Assembly: GCF_006345805.1 (NCBI RefSeq)
Contig: NC_043026.1
Span: 5,456,001-5,520,000 of the forward strand
Reading direction: 5' to 3'
DNA length: 64,000 nucleotides
DNA from: Octopus sinensis
Lineage: Eukaryota
The stretch's first letter is position 1. Each line of letters opens with the position of its first letter. A model generated the notes under the pieces. That model had not been told where the DNA came from. It ran no database searches and worked only from the letters and a program-made list of their open reading frames with translations. Made by a program: the position numbers and the translations under genes. Shown here piece after piece: positions 50,401-62,566 of the stretch.

Positions 50401-52808
50401 GATGGTTTATCACAATAACAAACAATTTCACATTCACCCATCTTACACACCTGTACATAAGGCTGCCTTAATTTTACACTTCTCACTGTCTTTGACAGGT
50501 TTCCGATGACCCTTAATTGTTTCTGTAGGGGTAATGTAACCCCTATATGATTAGAATCCCATCGACATATATCTGTGGCTGTAGACGGCAGAGATAATCT
50601 GGACACAATGTCTCCTTCCTCAGAAATGTACAACAAGCAATCATGTTTGATGTCAGACACCACCAACTGTCCATTGGACAGATTACATATTTCACCAATG
50701 ACAAGTTTTTGGTCATTCTCCTTTTCTTTGAGTCGTAGATTTAGATTTCTGATATAAGGATTTTTCGGGTGTAAACAACAGCCAGACGACCGGTCTTGAT
50801 TCTTGTAAAGAAGAACCCTGTTGAGTTGAGTGTCCGGGACATAAAGAGTTCCTTGGAAAACAGTAATGTGAGGGTGAACAGGGAAAGGCAGTTCCCACTG
50901 CCATTTCATTTCTCCATATAGATCGTAACATCTGAGAATAGAGTTTCTCCTGAAGAGGACATAGAAATAAACATTATCAGAGTAGATGTGATGAGGGTAG
51001 CCATAGAATGGAAGGAATTTTTGAAAAAGTTCTTCACCACATGTGGAATAAAATACCATTTTATTTTCGTTTCCATCTACGACTACAAAATTAACTGGAG
51101 TTGCAGCAATGCTGACATTATGATATCCCAGAGAAATTCTTTCTGCAATATCAACTTTATCTTCATTGATCAAGAGGATATGGACCTCGCTTTTGTTTTC
51201 AGTGGTGGTCACAGCCAGACACTTATTTGATACAATATGACATATTTTCATGTAACCAGTTTGCACCTTTATTAAAGGGCCTTTTTTGAGTTCAGGACAG
51301 GTGATATACTGAAACCCTTTCATTTCAGGATAAAATACCAGGAATCTGTTTGCGTTTATTCTACAACAGAAAGAAGGAAGCTCAAGGAAAACTGAATTAT
51401 TTTGGCTAATTATTTCCCCGTTATCAGTGAATAATTTAGCTTTCTTGTTTTTGTAAATTATTAATATAGAAGATGTAGACATAGGTAGAATATTTGTAAT
51501 GTTGTAGCAATCCTCAATATCAATATAGTTGTTCAATGTTGGGGTCCATAGCTGGGGGTTATATGACTGCCTGGGCCAAAAGTCTTCATTTGTTCCAATG
51601 ATATGAAGGACATCAAAATAATCGGTTACAAAAATGTTTTCTTTGCCAACAGAAATATGGCGGCATTTCATGCCAATTTCTCTTGTTGTCACAGCACCTG
51701 TACCTGATATCCGATAAATAATATGTCCCTGAAGGACATAAAAATGGTTTTGGTACACAGAGATGTGGCTTGGAATGTCCAGGGAATTGGTATCCACCTC
51801 AAATAATTGCTGGCCATCCACATTGTAACAGGTAACCCTGTTAATATTGGAAAAGGATACTAAGAGTTTATTTTGTGCTCCTACAGCAATATCTGAAGGG
51901 GTTTCTTTGGTTATGAATTTGTATTTTATTCTATTCTCTTCCCAGTCAATGACGTATATGGTCCGACCAAACATTTCTACACCTATAAGCGTAGAATGTT
52001 CCAAATAAGAAACCAAGATTAATCCTAGCTGAATTCTTTTGATTCCCAAACTTAAAGGGTTGATAATAAGAATCATTTTTCGGAAGGGCAGGGTGGCGAG
52101 GACTGTGTCTTGACTGATTCTGGTAAAATCAGTGACAGAAGATGAGCAATGAACTTCATTTCTGTTGCCGTCTCTTGTTATACAACATATTGACATATAA
52201 TGGCGGGAATATGTTACAATACCCCCTTGTATGACAACGATATTGGATATTGGGTTGCTTAAGTCTTCACCAGATTCTGCAATCTTTGTTTCTCTGGTCA
52301 CAACTGGCCGAAGAGACCGAAATTTTGTGATTACTTTTGGTGGTTCAATGGTCTTGTGGTTGTATGGGTTACAGGTGACATAAATGTCAAAGAGTCTTTG
52401 TTGAAACCAATCAAGGTTTTGGTGAACAAAATCATTATTTTGTTTTGCAAATTCCAGAAATCTTGGCATTTTACGTTTGATATTACGTAAAATTCGAGAT
52501 CCATTTAAACCCAGAGAGTGCATGTGATTACATTTATCCTTTACATAATCTATAAACGTATTGATGTGGTCTGTTTTGATTAGTGTTTGGTAACATGTCA
52601 CAATATGAAGGAAACTTGGTAACATGGACTTTTCCTGTTCTTTAGATTTCTTTGTGTCTTTTCTTTCCTGTTCTTCTGTTTTCTTTGTGTTTTGTGTATG
52701 TAATATTTGGGGAAGATTTGGTGTAGTTTCCTTATAAATTGGTGTTGTATCACAGACTGTGGCAGGAATGAGAGCCAACATTTTGTTTTCTTCATTAATC
52801 TTCTCCAT
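47403..52808 (-). CDS. 1801-aa uncharacterised protein, probable tandem NHL/beta-propeller modules
   Basis: Uninterrupted 5406-nt ORF in an AT-rich, stop-dense genome; ataaaATGG context. Recurrent beta-strand/turn motifs (PSDIAV, DICRW, F..DG) with ~230-295 aa periodicity. The fold is inferred. Confidence 0.9.
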   Translation of the reverse strand: MEKINEENKMLALIPATVCDTTPIYKETTPNLPQILHTQNTKKTEEQERKDTKKSKEQEKSMLPSFLHIVTCYQTLIKTDHINTFIDYVKDKCNHMHSLGLNGSRILRNIKRKMPRFLEFAKQNNDFVHQNLDWFQQRLFDIYVTCNPYNHKTIEPPKVITKFRSLRPVVTRETKIAESGEDLSNPISNIVVIQGGIVTYSRHYMSICCITRDGNRNEVHCSSSVTDFTRISQDTVLATLPFRKMILIINPLSLGIKRIQLGLILVSYLEHSTLIGVEMFGRTIYVIDWEENRIKYKFITKETPSDIAVGAQNKLLVSFSNINRVTCYNVDGQQLFEVDTNSLDIPSHISVYQNHFYVLQGHIIYRISGTGAVTTREIGMKCRHISVGKENIFVTDYFDVLHIIGTNEDFWPRQSYNPQLWTPTLNNYIDIEDCYNITNILPMSTSSILIIYKNKKAKLFTDNGEIISQNNSVFLELPSFCCRINANRFLVFYPEMKGFQYITCPELKKGPLIKVQTGYMKICHIVSNKCLAVTTTENKSEVHILLINEDKVDIAERISLGYHNVSIAATPVNFVVVDGNENKMVFYSTCGEELFQKFLPFYGYPHHIYSDNVYFYVLFRRNSILRCYDLYGEMKWQWELPFPVHPHITVFQGTLYVPDTQLNRVLLYKNQDRSSGCCLHPKNPYIRNLNLRLKEKENDQKLVIGEICNLSNGQLVVSDIKHDCLLYISEEGDIVSRLSLPSTATDICRWDSNHIGVTLPLQKQLRVIGNLSKTVRSVKLRQPYVQVCKMGECEIVCYCDKPSHLDILAINYYNQVEVIKTINIPVFVKSLSIDKKTERLLIVTRGKAFQYNTRIGGGGHGGRQMVPSVLMSKVKRPLSLQGGSIDQTSVYLIDRSRMFTINDQNLLVNDLVTNNQLNYYIDLVDVFSRNISLSEMLSSTLYLQDLTVSYKARHIPLPEHLGDKEPAEINRLVLTENNLIAGWDKKNGNIKIFTLDGQPLDSIKVNVYRYIKMCRWQSNTLVITTGNYFDYNKPQLLTLKVEFPLSLVIYQTRNNYYYCVASLSNNQLVFSESGDVRHLHFVDIDEIHSSVKEIKKIDIPEPLIERSRNGNYSDIILDIKVTDEDVIIVFNKRFIIFFNSDGQYLHSVRHYMKNYYFDDDDRMTIDDSFLYIYGKWDKCLGLSGYRNILCLTQNGEYKRIFLNERIYKDRVLFSSIDCKGPRFVGSLGKWSRRNELYVEGLFMVNRDSFPVARLQTDECPVQVKDFDVSEEGKTVVCEKANNGNVKILDRDGELLCHRNVASLVGGVCFTQESHIMATVPKRKEIFQLNGEDLKTSQVWSSLIPYGVIWRKVAGIYWCVHNELIECHCIKIDGDQVNILESVSLLNLDSGLRFLSITSETNKEIFSNELINKVEYRGGDGDGGGRGKSGEIIGKGRLKVRCGNYIAEINNSGIDEISVRRLPYRTAMVPFSIPAFEEPVDYDYRDIRDLNSKLIKLDENVSVLMFRESVTLIRTTTTTTVDILQHEQQQRPPLDICRWTEECFIVAFGREMRVFNRDLRRLKTIRTEKYYNRIYKYNDNQLVCGGHYIRDITQEERHKKYGRIWENNKYYYYCKDLDIFDTYYVDVVDIKDGKCKDEVCGGKMRRKGRLEGDEGVDGVGVTSFGDVVVVRREMKEKPVWKEVLCFVEWFREKSLVRRIRIGERMVFGREEYFARPRLTTIGECVYITDKRNNIYEIPRHIEEETSEVIKIQGLKDNPKYLLLRWDDNEVSEVLGLDVSDNSLMVFGIIPGRQSFAFFYFDK

Positions 52809-52925
52809 TTTATGAATATAGAATTATTATCTTTTTCTGTTAAATATATTCTTTTCTGTGGATTTTGTTTTCTTCCTTTCGAATACAATTTATCTCTTCA
52901 AAATTCACTAATTTTTACATGAAAG

Positions 52926-52945
52926 CTGAAATAAAATAAAAACTT
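52926..52945 (-). promoter_or_regulatory. Candidate 3' splice acceptor 117 nt upstream of the large ORF ATG
   Basis: gtttttattttatttcAG|ctttc, AG at 52927-52926. Confidence 0.55.
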
Positions 52946-54901
52946 TATTAGTTTTGTGAAAAGCTTTTAATAAAATAATATTTACTTGATTCATTCAAAG
53001 AATTTCAAGGAAAACACACATTTCATTAAATATATTAAACAAATTGTTTATTTGACAGTGAAGTTAAACATTTAAACTGTTTACAATGGAATAATCATTA
53101 GAAATAAAACTTGAAGATATAAATACACCATTATCTTTATTGACTGAATATAAGTGATGGTGAAAAGTTTTGTAGTAAGAAGGAATATAAATATTTTGTT
53201 GAGGTTATTTGTACAGATATTATCGGTAGAAATTATAGCCAGGACTGATTTCCTGCTACAACATTTCATATCGAAATGTCAGACGGAAACAAACAATGAG
53301 ATCAAAGAGAAAAACATCTGTTGTGTTCTCATTGTTTATCTCATTGTTTGTTTACATCTGACATCTCGATAGGAAAGGTTTTAGCAAAAAATCAGAGCCA
53401 ACTATAATTTCTATGGAATATCAATAGAATAATGTGAAAAAAACACTGCTAACAAAGTAGAATGTGGTGTTGACTTCTAAAACGATTTAATATATTTTAC
53501 AGGAATTTATGGTTGCATAATGAAATACCACGTCCCTACAAATCAGGAATATAAGTATTATTAATAATTATATGCACTGGAAATGATGATGTGACAGTCA
53601 TGGTTGGCTTCGTTTCCATCATATTTACCTGGATTCACAGATACGAATAAAGCTGGAGATGAAACTGTTCTTAACCTGACAAATGCTGTAAATCTCTCGA
53701 CATTTCAATATAATCCACACAATTATCATACACAACATTGATTAACTCGGAAAGCTTATCCAAAGATGGGCTTTCATATAATCACACTGATAGACAGCAT
53801 GTTGAGAGGATCGTTATTATTTGTTGCTGATTGAGATAATAAAGATTGGTTAATGAATAAGCCCAATTAATGAAAGGTAGGTTCATCTTAATTATCTTTA
53901 ATATAAGGGACAATGTTTGGGTAGCAATGAGAAAGATGTGTTTGTATGAAAAAGGGGTTTGGCAGGTGAAGTGTGTTTTGTTTTGTGTCAGGTGAGGAGT
54001 TATAACTTGGTGTAGTTTATTATGAAGTATTGGGGGTTTAATGAGGTGGATTAGGAAATACTGGTGGGGGTGTTTAATGACATTCTGGTGACCCATCATC
54101 ATCAGAATGATCCTCCACTGCCTCCTTGGTCTATGAAATAATGGCTGTTACTCTATTGACCCCAGGAGGAATGAAAAATAAAAGAGACCTTCTTCAGGAT
54201 ACACATACATATATATGTATATATGATAGAATGAATGTGTATAATATATACACAAGGATGCACATATGTATATTTATACATCCATACGTCTGTATGTATG
54301 TATGATGATCATTACTTTACCCCAACTTTCCATGCTGGAATGGGTTGGATGGTTCAAAGAATATCTTGCCTGAAGTTACATTTTCTGGTTTTCTTTCTGC
54401 AGCTGGATGCTCTTCCTGACACCAACCACTGCACAATGTGCACTGGGTGCATCCTATGGCACCATCGCTAGAGACAATCGCCATGTCCTTGACAAAACTA
54501 AAGGTTCCCCTCAATCTCTGGGTGTGACATATACCTTGGGATGGGTGTGATATCTAGGGTAATAAATATATGAAAAGGAGTGGTTTGTGTGTTGGGGAGA
54601 GACTCAGGTAGGTCCAGTAACATCCCTAGTTTCATTGGAAGAATGGTGAAGAGAAGAGATTTACTGCCAATCTTTGTCACAGCAGTAAGATAGTAGAGTA
54701 AAAAGAAGAAGAGAGAGTGATTGAGAGATGAAAGATAGAGGTGGGGGTGATAGGGGCGTAACAGTAGGGACTCAAGGTCGAGAGAGTTGACACTCATCAA
54801 AGTGGTGTTTGGAGGTCTGGGAATATACCACCAAAAAACCAGTTTGATAAATGCTAATAAACGAAACTTTCCGATCTTGGATCACTTTGTTACTTCTGCT
54901 A

Positions 54902-54942
<41 letters not shown>

Positions 54943-54943
54943 C

Positions 54944-56416
54944 AAGGGCCTTAGAGTCAACCTAGCAAAATCAAAGTCCTAATAAGTGGATGGCAAGCAA
55001 ACCACAAACCCTTCAGGTAGATGGCCCTGCTCGATCTGTAGTAGAGGCATAGGTAAAAACTCTATAAGATGTACCAGTGTAAGCTATGGACGCATAAGAG
55101 GTGCAGTAATATCAAAGGAAGGCTAATGGGGAAGATAGTTTTTGTATGTGGCAGATGCTCGGGTGCAATAAACACTGAAAATGCGCAGAGAACAACTTCC
55201 GCACATTCCAGGAGAAAAAATAGAAGTAGTTGGTAGCTTCCATTACCTAGGTGACCAAGTCAGTAGCGGGGGAGGGTGCACTGAAAGTGTAGCTGCTAGA
55301 ATAAGAATAGCTTGGGCCTAGTTCAGAGAGCTCTTACCTCTGCTGGTGACAAAGGGCCTCTCGCTCAGAGTAAAAGGTAGACTGTATGACGCATGTGTAC
55401 GAACAGCCATGCTACATGGCAGTGAAACATGGGCTGTGACTGCTGAGGACATGCGTAAGCTCGCAAGGAATGAAACCAGTATGATCTGATGGATGTGTAA
55501 TGTCAGTGTGCATACTCGACAGAGTGTAAGTACCTTGAGAGAAATATTGGACCTAAGAAGCAGCAGATGGGGTGTGCAAAAGAAGACTGCGCTGGTATGG
55601 TCATGTGGCAAGAATGGATGAGGATAGCTGTGTGAAAAAGTGCCTCACCCTAGTGGTTGAGGGAACCTGTGGAAGAGGTTGACCCGGGAAGACCTGGGAT
55701 GAAGTGTTGAAGCATGACCTTCGAACTTTAGGCCTCACCAAATAATGACTAGTGACCGCGACTTTTGGAAATATGCCGTGTGTGAGAAGACCAGGCAAGC
55801 CAAATGTGACCATAACCTCGTGGTCTATGCCAGGGGCGTAACCAGCCCACTTATGCGTCCCTTTTCCTTCTTTGGACACTAAAACTCTGCTTGCGAAGAC
55901 CTGTTGATGCAAGTGAAATCAAAATCAAATTCGATGACTAGTGTCCGTAGCGGCTAACTGGCTTCCGTCCCAGTGGCACTTAAAAGGCACCATTCGATTG
56001 TGATCGTTCCCAGCGTCACCTTACTGGCACTCGAGCCCTGTACTAGTAGGGTATTAAGAGCACCATCCTAGCGTGACCGTTGCCAACCGGCTATCTGGCG
56101 TCCGTGCTGTTGGCACATAAAAGTCGCCATTCGAGCTTCATAGTTACCAGCATTGCCTTACTGGCACCTGTGCCGGTGGCATGTGTAAAAGATTTGAGCA
56201 AGGTCGTTACCAGTATCGCGTGACTGGCCCCGTGCCGGTGACACATAAAAGCACCCACTACACTCTCAATGGTTGGCGTTAGGAAAAGCATCCAGCTGTA
56301 GAAACTCTACCAGATCAAGATTGAAGCCTGGTGCAACCATCTGGTTCACCAGCCCTCAGTCAAATTGTCCAACCATGGTAGAATGGAAAGTGGACGTTAA
56401 ACGATGATGATGATGA
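54944..56416 (+). mobile_element. RTE-clade LINE 3' portion (RT C-terminus, 3'UTR, (GAT)n tail)
   Basis: GLRVNLAKSKV, Cys-rich insert (WPCSIC...LWTHKRCS...FVCGRC), FHYLGD, YDACVRTAMLHGSETWA, WYGHV; ends aaacgatgatgatgatgat. Contains stops and frameshifts. Confidence 0.9.
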
Positions 56417-57244
56417 TATATACATACATACACATATACACAAATGCACATGTGTAAATATATGAATATACCTTCACGTACCCGTGTATAAATGTTTGTG
56501 TCTATGTATGTTTTTAGATATGAATCAATGAATGACAAAAGAACAAGAGTTACGTAGACACCTTCATTAGCTTCCAGCTGTTTCTGCTACAGGAAGCAGT
56601 GAACTGGAGGTGATGTATTTTTTTTTTCTGTATTTTCCCTCTCATAATTTTGTTTTGTTTCTTGCCAGGTTCTTGTGAGTGCCACTCAGTCAAGTCTATG
56701 ACTACACTCGATGATGGTCACCAATCCTCAGCTGGTTTCAAGCAAGAGAATATTTCCCCAAGTTCTTCCAACATGAACAGCACAATGGTTGGATATGTTT
56801 TCTGGTGGAACACTGCAAACAAACGACACTGTTTGTGTGACGTGACATTTGTTTATAATAAGCAACAGATATCAAAGCAAGGAGACATGAGCAGACACAC
56901 ACACACACACACACGCACATGCACACACACACACACACACACACAACACACACATACACACACACACATACACACACACACACACTTACATGCATACACA
57001 TACAAGTACAAATGTAGATATGCATACATGAATATATACACACACATGTATATACCATAGGATTTATCAGGTCCATGTACGAAACTCATTCACAAGGCTT
57101 TAGTCAACCTGGAACATTCGAAGAAGTTAATTCTTTAAGGTGCTGCAAAGTGGGACTGAACCTGAGACCACAAGGTTGTGAAGTGAGTTTCTTAACCATA
57201 CAGCCATGCCCCCAACTTTTTTTGGTAATATTTTGAAGATAATA

Positions 57245-57842
57245 ATAATCCTTTCTACTATAGGCATAAGGCCTGAAATTTTGGGTGTGGGGGGTTAATT
57301 GATTACATCACCCCCCCCCCCAGCCCCTAACTGGTTCTTATTTTATCAATCCCAAAAGGACAAGGGTCAAAATCAACCTTGGTGGAATTTGAACTCAAAA
57401 TGTAAACTTGGAAGAAATGATGCAAAGTATTTTGTCTGGCATTTTGTAACAATTCTGCTTGTTCATCATCATTAATAATAATAATAATAATGATAAGAAG
57501 AATATCAATAACTATAACAATAACAACATCAATAATAATATTAGCAGCAGCAGCAAAAACAACAACAACAACAGCAATGATTTCTTTTATGTTTTTTTAA
57601 TATAATAAAAATGATTTCAAGTTTTGGCACAAGGCCAGCAAGTTCAAGGAAGGGTCCAGTCTATTACACTGACCCCAGTACTCAACTTGTACTTAATTTA
57701 TCGATTCCCAAAAGGATGAGAGGCTAAGTCAACCTTGGTGGAATTTGAACTCAGAATGTAAAGATGGACAAAATGCCGCTCAACATTTTGCTTTGCATCC
57801 TCACAATTCTGCCAGCTCATCACAGTAATTATAATAATAATG

Positions 57843-57889
<47 letters not shown>

Positions 57890-58310
57890 AATAATTAATA
57901 ATTAATAATAAGAATAAGAATAAGGAGAAGAATACTTTCTTACTATAGACACAAGGCCTTAAATTTGGGGTGAGGGGACTAGTAAATTACATCGCCTCCA
58001 GTGCAACTTATTGAATTGACCCCAAAAGGATGAAAGCAAAGTGATGGTAGAATTTGAACTCAGAATGTAGCGGCAGATTAGTCGTAATAATAATAATAAT
58101 GGCTTCAAATTTTAACAGAAGGCCAGCTTGTTCTGGAGAGCAGGTAAATTGATATTACATCGAACCCCAGAACTCAAAAACTGGTACTTTTTATTGACCC
58201 GAAAGGATAAGGTTGATGTCTGCAAAATTTGCACGGAGAACGTAAAGGCAAATAAATAGCTGCCTAGCAATTTGCCCAGCATGCTAACGATTCTGCCAGC
58301 TCACCACCCA
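57245..58310 (-). mobile_element. Four consecutive SINE family 2 copies separated by (AAT)n
   Basis: caaggcc...ggaatttgaactca.aatgta recurs at about 57250, 57610, 57940 and 58100. Confidence 0.7.
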
Positions 58311-58317
58311 AATAATC

Positions 58318-58690
58318 ATCATCATCATCATCATCATCGTTTAACGTCCGTTCTCCATGCTAGCATGGGTTGGACGGTTCGACCGGGGACCTGGGAAGCC
58401 AGAAGGCTGCACCAGGCTCAGTCTTATCTGGCAGTGTTTCTACAGCTGGATGCCCTCCTAACGCCAACCACTCGTGAGTGTAGTGGTGCGTTTTACGTGC
58501 CACCTGCAAAGGTGCCAGGCGAGGCTGGCAACAGCCACGGTCGGATTGGTGTATTTTATGTGCCACCGGCACGGAAGCCAGACGAGGCGGTGCTGGCATC
58601 GGCCACGAGTTGGATAGTGCTTTTTACGTACCACCAGACCAGGGATCCTGGCTGGTTCAATTCGATTTCGATTTTGCTTGCCCCAACATG
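58318..58690 (-). mobile_element. RTE LINE 3'UTR fragment
   Basis: (CAT)n-cgtttaacgtcc...ttttacgtgccacc, the reverse complement of the 55930-56416 family. Confidence 0.8.
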
Positions 58691-58924
58691 TCTTCGCAAG
58701 TAATTAATAATAATAATAATAATAGTAATTAATAATAATGATAACAACCCTCCCTTTCCTATTTTATATCCTTCATATGTCCTTCTCTTCCTTTACTTTC
58801 ATCTCTCTCTCTTTCTCTCATTCCCTCTCTCCTTTTCAATATCAACTTCAACATTTTATTTCCTTTACATAAACATGTATATATTATGCGTGTGTGTCTT
58901 TATATAGTGCACATGTATATACTC

Positions 58925-59550
58925 TCTCTTTTACTCTTTTACTTGTTTCAGTCATTTGATTGCGGCCATGCTGGAGCACCGCCTTTAGTCCAGCAAATCG
59001 ACCCTGGGACTTATTCTTTGTATGCCTAGTACTTATTCTATCAGTCTATTTTGCTGAACCGCTATGTGACGGGGACGTAAACACACCAGCATCGGTTGTC
59101 AAGCAATGCGAGGAGGACAAACACAGTCACACAAACATACACATACACACATACATATATATACATATATATATATATACAACGGGCTTCTTTGAGTTTC
59201 CGTCTACCAAATCCACACATCTACCAAATCCACAAATCCGAGGCTATAGTAGAAGACACTTGCCCAAGATGCCACGCAGTGGAACTGAACCCGGAACCAT
59301 GTGGGTGGTAAGCAAGCTACTTACCATACAGCCACTCCAGCGCCTGTATGTATATATATATTCTTTTATTCTTATACTTGTTTCAGTCATTTGACTGTGG
59401 CCATACTGGAGCACCACCTTTAGTCGAGCAAATCGACCCCAGGACTTATTCTTTGTAAGCCTAGTACTTATTCTATTGGTGTCTTTTGCTGAACAACTAA
59501 GTTACAGGGATGTAAACACACCAACATCGGTTGTCAAGCAATGTTAGTGG
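58925..59550 (-). mobile_element. SINE family 1, full copy plus second tail
   Basis: Full copy 58925-59345, extra tail about 59365-59550. Confidence 0.85.
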
Positions 59551-61155
59551 GACAAAAATAAAGACACAGTTACGTACCTATTTGATTTCTTATCTTAAAT
59601 TTCTGTAAAATTGATTTACAAACTTTGAATTTTCCATGAAACATAAAATCTAGAACTTTTTGTCATTAAATATAATTTACATTTTCTTTCTTTAGAATTC
59701 ATCAAATATTTTTGAAATTGTTCAAAAAAATATAAACTTTCTCTTCTTGTAAAAGTATTTGAAATCCTGGACACATTTTTTATAGTTTATAAAATGGTAG
59801 GAGGAAATTAGCACAAATGTGAAGAGTGTGTGTATATATGTATGTATACAAGTGTGTATCTCTCTCTCTCTCACTTTATATATATATATATATTCTTTCC
59901 ATCATTTAATCATTAGTACTTGCTGTTTAATTAAAGTATCAACTTCATTTCCTAATTTAGCTGATCCACAAATAGATTCGGTTAAAATATTTACCGGACT
60001 TAAAAAGAAATGCTGGTGCTAATACGATCAGTTAAATACATAAAGGCAATGCTCCAGCATGGCCATGGTTCAATAACTAAAGGAGTAAAACACATCAGCC
60101 ACACATTACATACATAACTTGAAATCTCTACTTCACCACGACCACCACCATTTAGTCTGTTAACCTATCTCTATAAATGACACACCCTCTCTTCAATTAT
60201 TATTCATGTCTTTCTCATCCACAAATCTACACTTTAAAAAAAAACCCATCACTATTCTATTCCTCAACCAAGCTGATAATTCCACAGAAATCTCCAAGAA
60301 TATTCTAAATTTACCAAATTATAACATAGATTATTCCTTCAAATACAATATTTAATGTAATTTATAAAAATATATCAAAACTATAATCTTTTTAAATTTA
60401 ATAGGGGTTTAACTTTTATAATGTCAGAATACAATTTATAAAGTTGAAATATTAGAATTATTTTTATAAAAATTATATTTGAAATGTAACAAATATATTT
60501 GTTTAAAATTAATTAAAATTATGGCTTCTGTTGATGAAAGTTAATTCTTATCTAGTCACCCTATAGTCAGACATTCTAGACATGACCTCACCAATGTGTT
60601 ATTATCTAATATGTTTTTAAGGGCATTTTTGGGGGACTTTGTTGTTGGTTTGTAATAGAGTTTATAATAAATGCAGACAATATGAAATAATTCTCAGAAG
60701 CCATCCATCTAATAAATAATATTGAAGATTGGTGAGAAAACATATTTAATGCATTGCACATAAAATGTGATGTAGGATAAAGATGTGCTGAGAGAGAAAA
60801 TATATTTTGTCACCAAATTGTTTAATATTTAAACAATTCTTCTTGTTTGCTTCAAGATATAAAATAGAAATGAAATCACCAGAACAATTCCATTTATATA
60901 CAAAGTTTAATATTAAAATAAAAAAATCAGTTTTAAAAAATTTCATTGATTGAAAAAAGAAAAAGATCAATTAGTAGAGTTGTTAGAACATATGGACTTA
61001 ATACCTTGTGGTATTTATTCTCTTTGTCTGCTGAATTTAAATCCTGCCGAGATTAATTTTGATTTTTATTATGCTAGTGTCAATAAATAAAATGCCAATC
61101 TGAGGTGGTGGTCTGATGGAATTATATATTTGACAAGATTCCTTGTATTATTTAA

Positions 61156-61369
61156 CCCTTTCGCTACTTTATTTATTTCGAGATGATCTGTGTTTCTTTT
61201 AATTACTTTGGATTTAACAAAGAAGTTAGTAAAATAAATTCGTTATTATGAAGTTAGAGTTAGGAACATAAATTGTGACTAAGTTTTGGTGGAAGATTTT
61301 AATTTAAAACTTATGAAAATAAGACATTTATACTCAGAGCCAGTTTCAGCTGGGTTGCTAATGAAAGGG
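61156..61369. mobile_element. piggyBac-like MITE
   Basis: TTAA|CCCTTTC...GAAAGGG|TTAA, 214 bp. Confidence 0.8.
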
Positions 61370-61980
61370 TTAATGTGGTTCTTTGTGATCTGAGTTCAAA
61401 CCCTTGTTGCCGCCCTGGGTTTCAGACTTAATCTATAACCTTTTTCAACACCATCACCTGGCCCTTTTAGCAGAGGATTTCTCTGATGTATATTAGGTCT
61501 CTTGTTTTGAGAATGTCTTTCTTCCATTCCCCACTCTTGAAGACCCTGAAAATATAAAGGGCCATCGGCAAGGCCCTTCTCCCTTGACTAAACTTTGAAA
61601 GACATTAAATTTACTAAAAACAATTTAACAGCCATGAAATTGATTTACAAATTTTTAATTTCACTTGAGAATTAGAAATCTACTGGAAACAACTTAAAAT
61701 GCTGTATCCTTAGATGAACATTTCCATTCCTTAATTTCCATCAAATAGTTTTGACCTTGTCATAACCAAACTATCCTTTATATTATATTCTGGAAATGAA
61801 ATGTTTGCTTATAATGTAACTCTGTGAAATGTTTGAACAGTTTCTAGTATGAAAAATACTGCCTGAAAATAAAACAATTTTCAACATAACAGCATAATTA
61901 TGTTTGAAATAGTTGTAAGGAATATTTCACACTGTAAATGTGTTAATGAAGTTGTTAATGAAGATAATTATCATAAAAGT

Positions 61981-62121
61981 ACTTACTTGAGTCAATAATT
62001 GCGTTTGAATTTCAGCCTGAAGTCTTTCTGTCTGTGAGTTCAGTTGAAAGAACTGGCAAAAATGTGATGATCCCTACTGATGAGGCTTATTTATAAATAG
62101 TAGGAAGAAGTGGGCGTTAAC
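61981..62121 (-). promoter_or_regulatory. Candidate TATA promoter and non-coding first exon
   Basis: TATAAATA at 62095-62088, tCAcatt 30 nt downstream (62065), GC-box-like gggcgt near 62112, donor caa|GTAAGT at 61987/61986. Confidence 0.55.
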
Positions 62122-62566
62122 GCCTCCTGTGTGTGTGTGTGTGTGTGTAGTGTGAAATTTGCACACAAGCTGTTATCTATTTGATCACGTAGACAAATGA
62201 TAAAGCCTAGACATGTCCTACATGTGTGTCTCAATATTATGTCTATATATATATATACTCGTATGTATGGATGTGTGTGTGCTAGGTTCCCACTACAGGG
62301 AAAAAGAGAAATACTTGCAAACACACACACACACACACACACATATAAATGTACATACAATTTTTTCTGTGTGCATAGATAGATGCGTATTTACATATAT
62401 ATATAAATATAATACATACACATATATATATAATATATTTAGTGTGTGTGTGTATTGTATCTGCCTCCAGTCTAGTGATTAAGCAACTGCTATAATTAAC
62501 AGTGTTACTAATTATGACATACAAAGTAAATACACTGAGAAACTATTTATATATATGTATACATAT

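Noticed and set aside
47592-51230. Short plus-strand ORFs overlapping the giant ORF
   Set aside because: Antisense by-products with no recognisable motifs.
47403-52808. Horizontal transfer or viral origin of the intronless giant ORF
   Set aside because: No viral or bacterial neighbours or hallmark motifs. It has a host-type upstream acceptor, and nearby host ZNF genes also have single coding exons. Only a homology search could reopen this.
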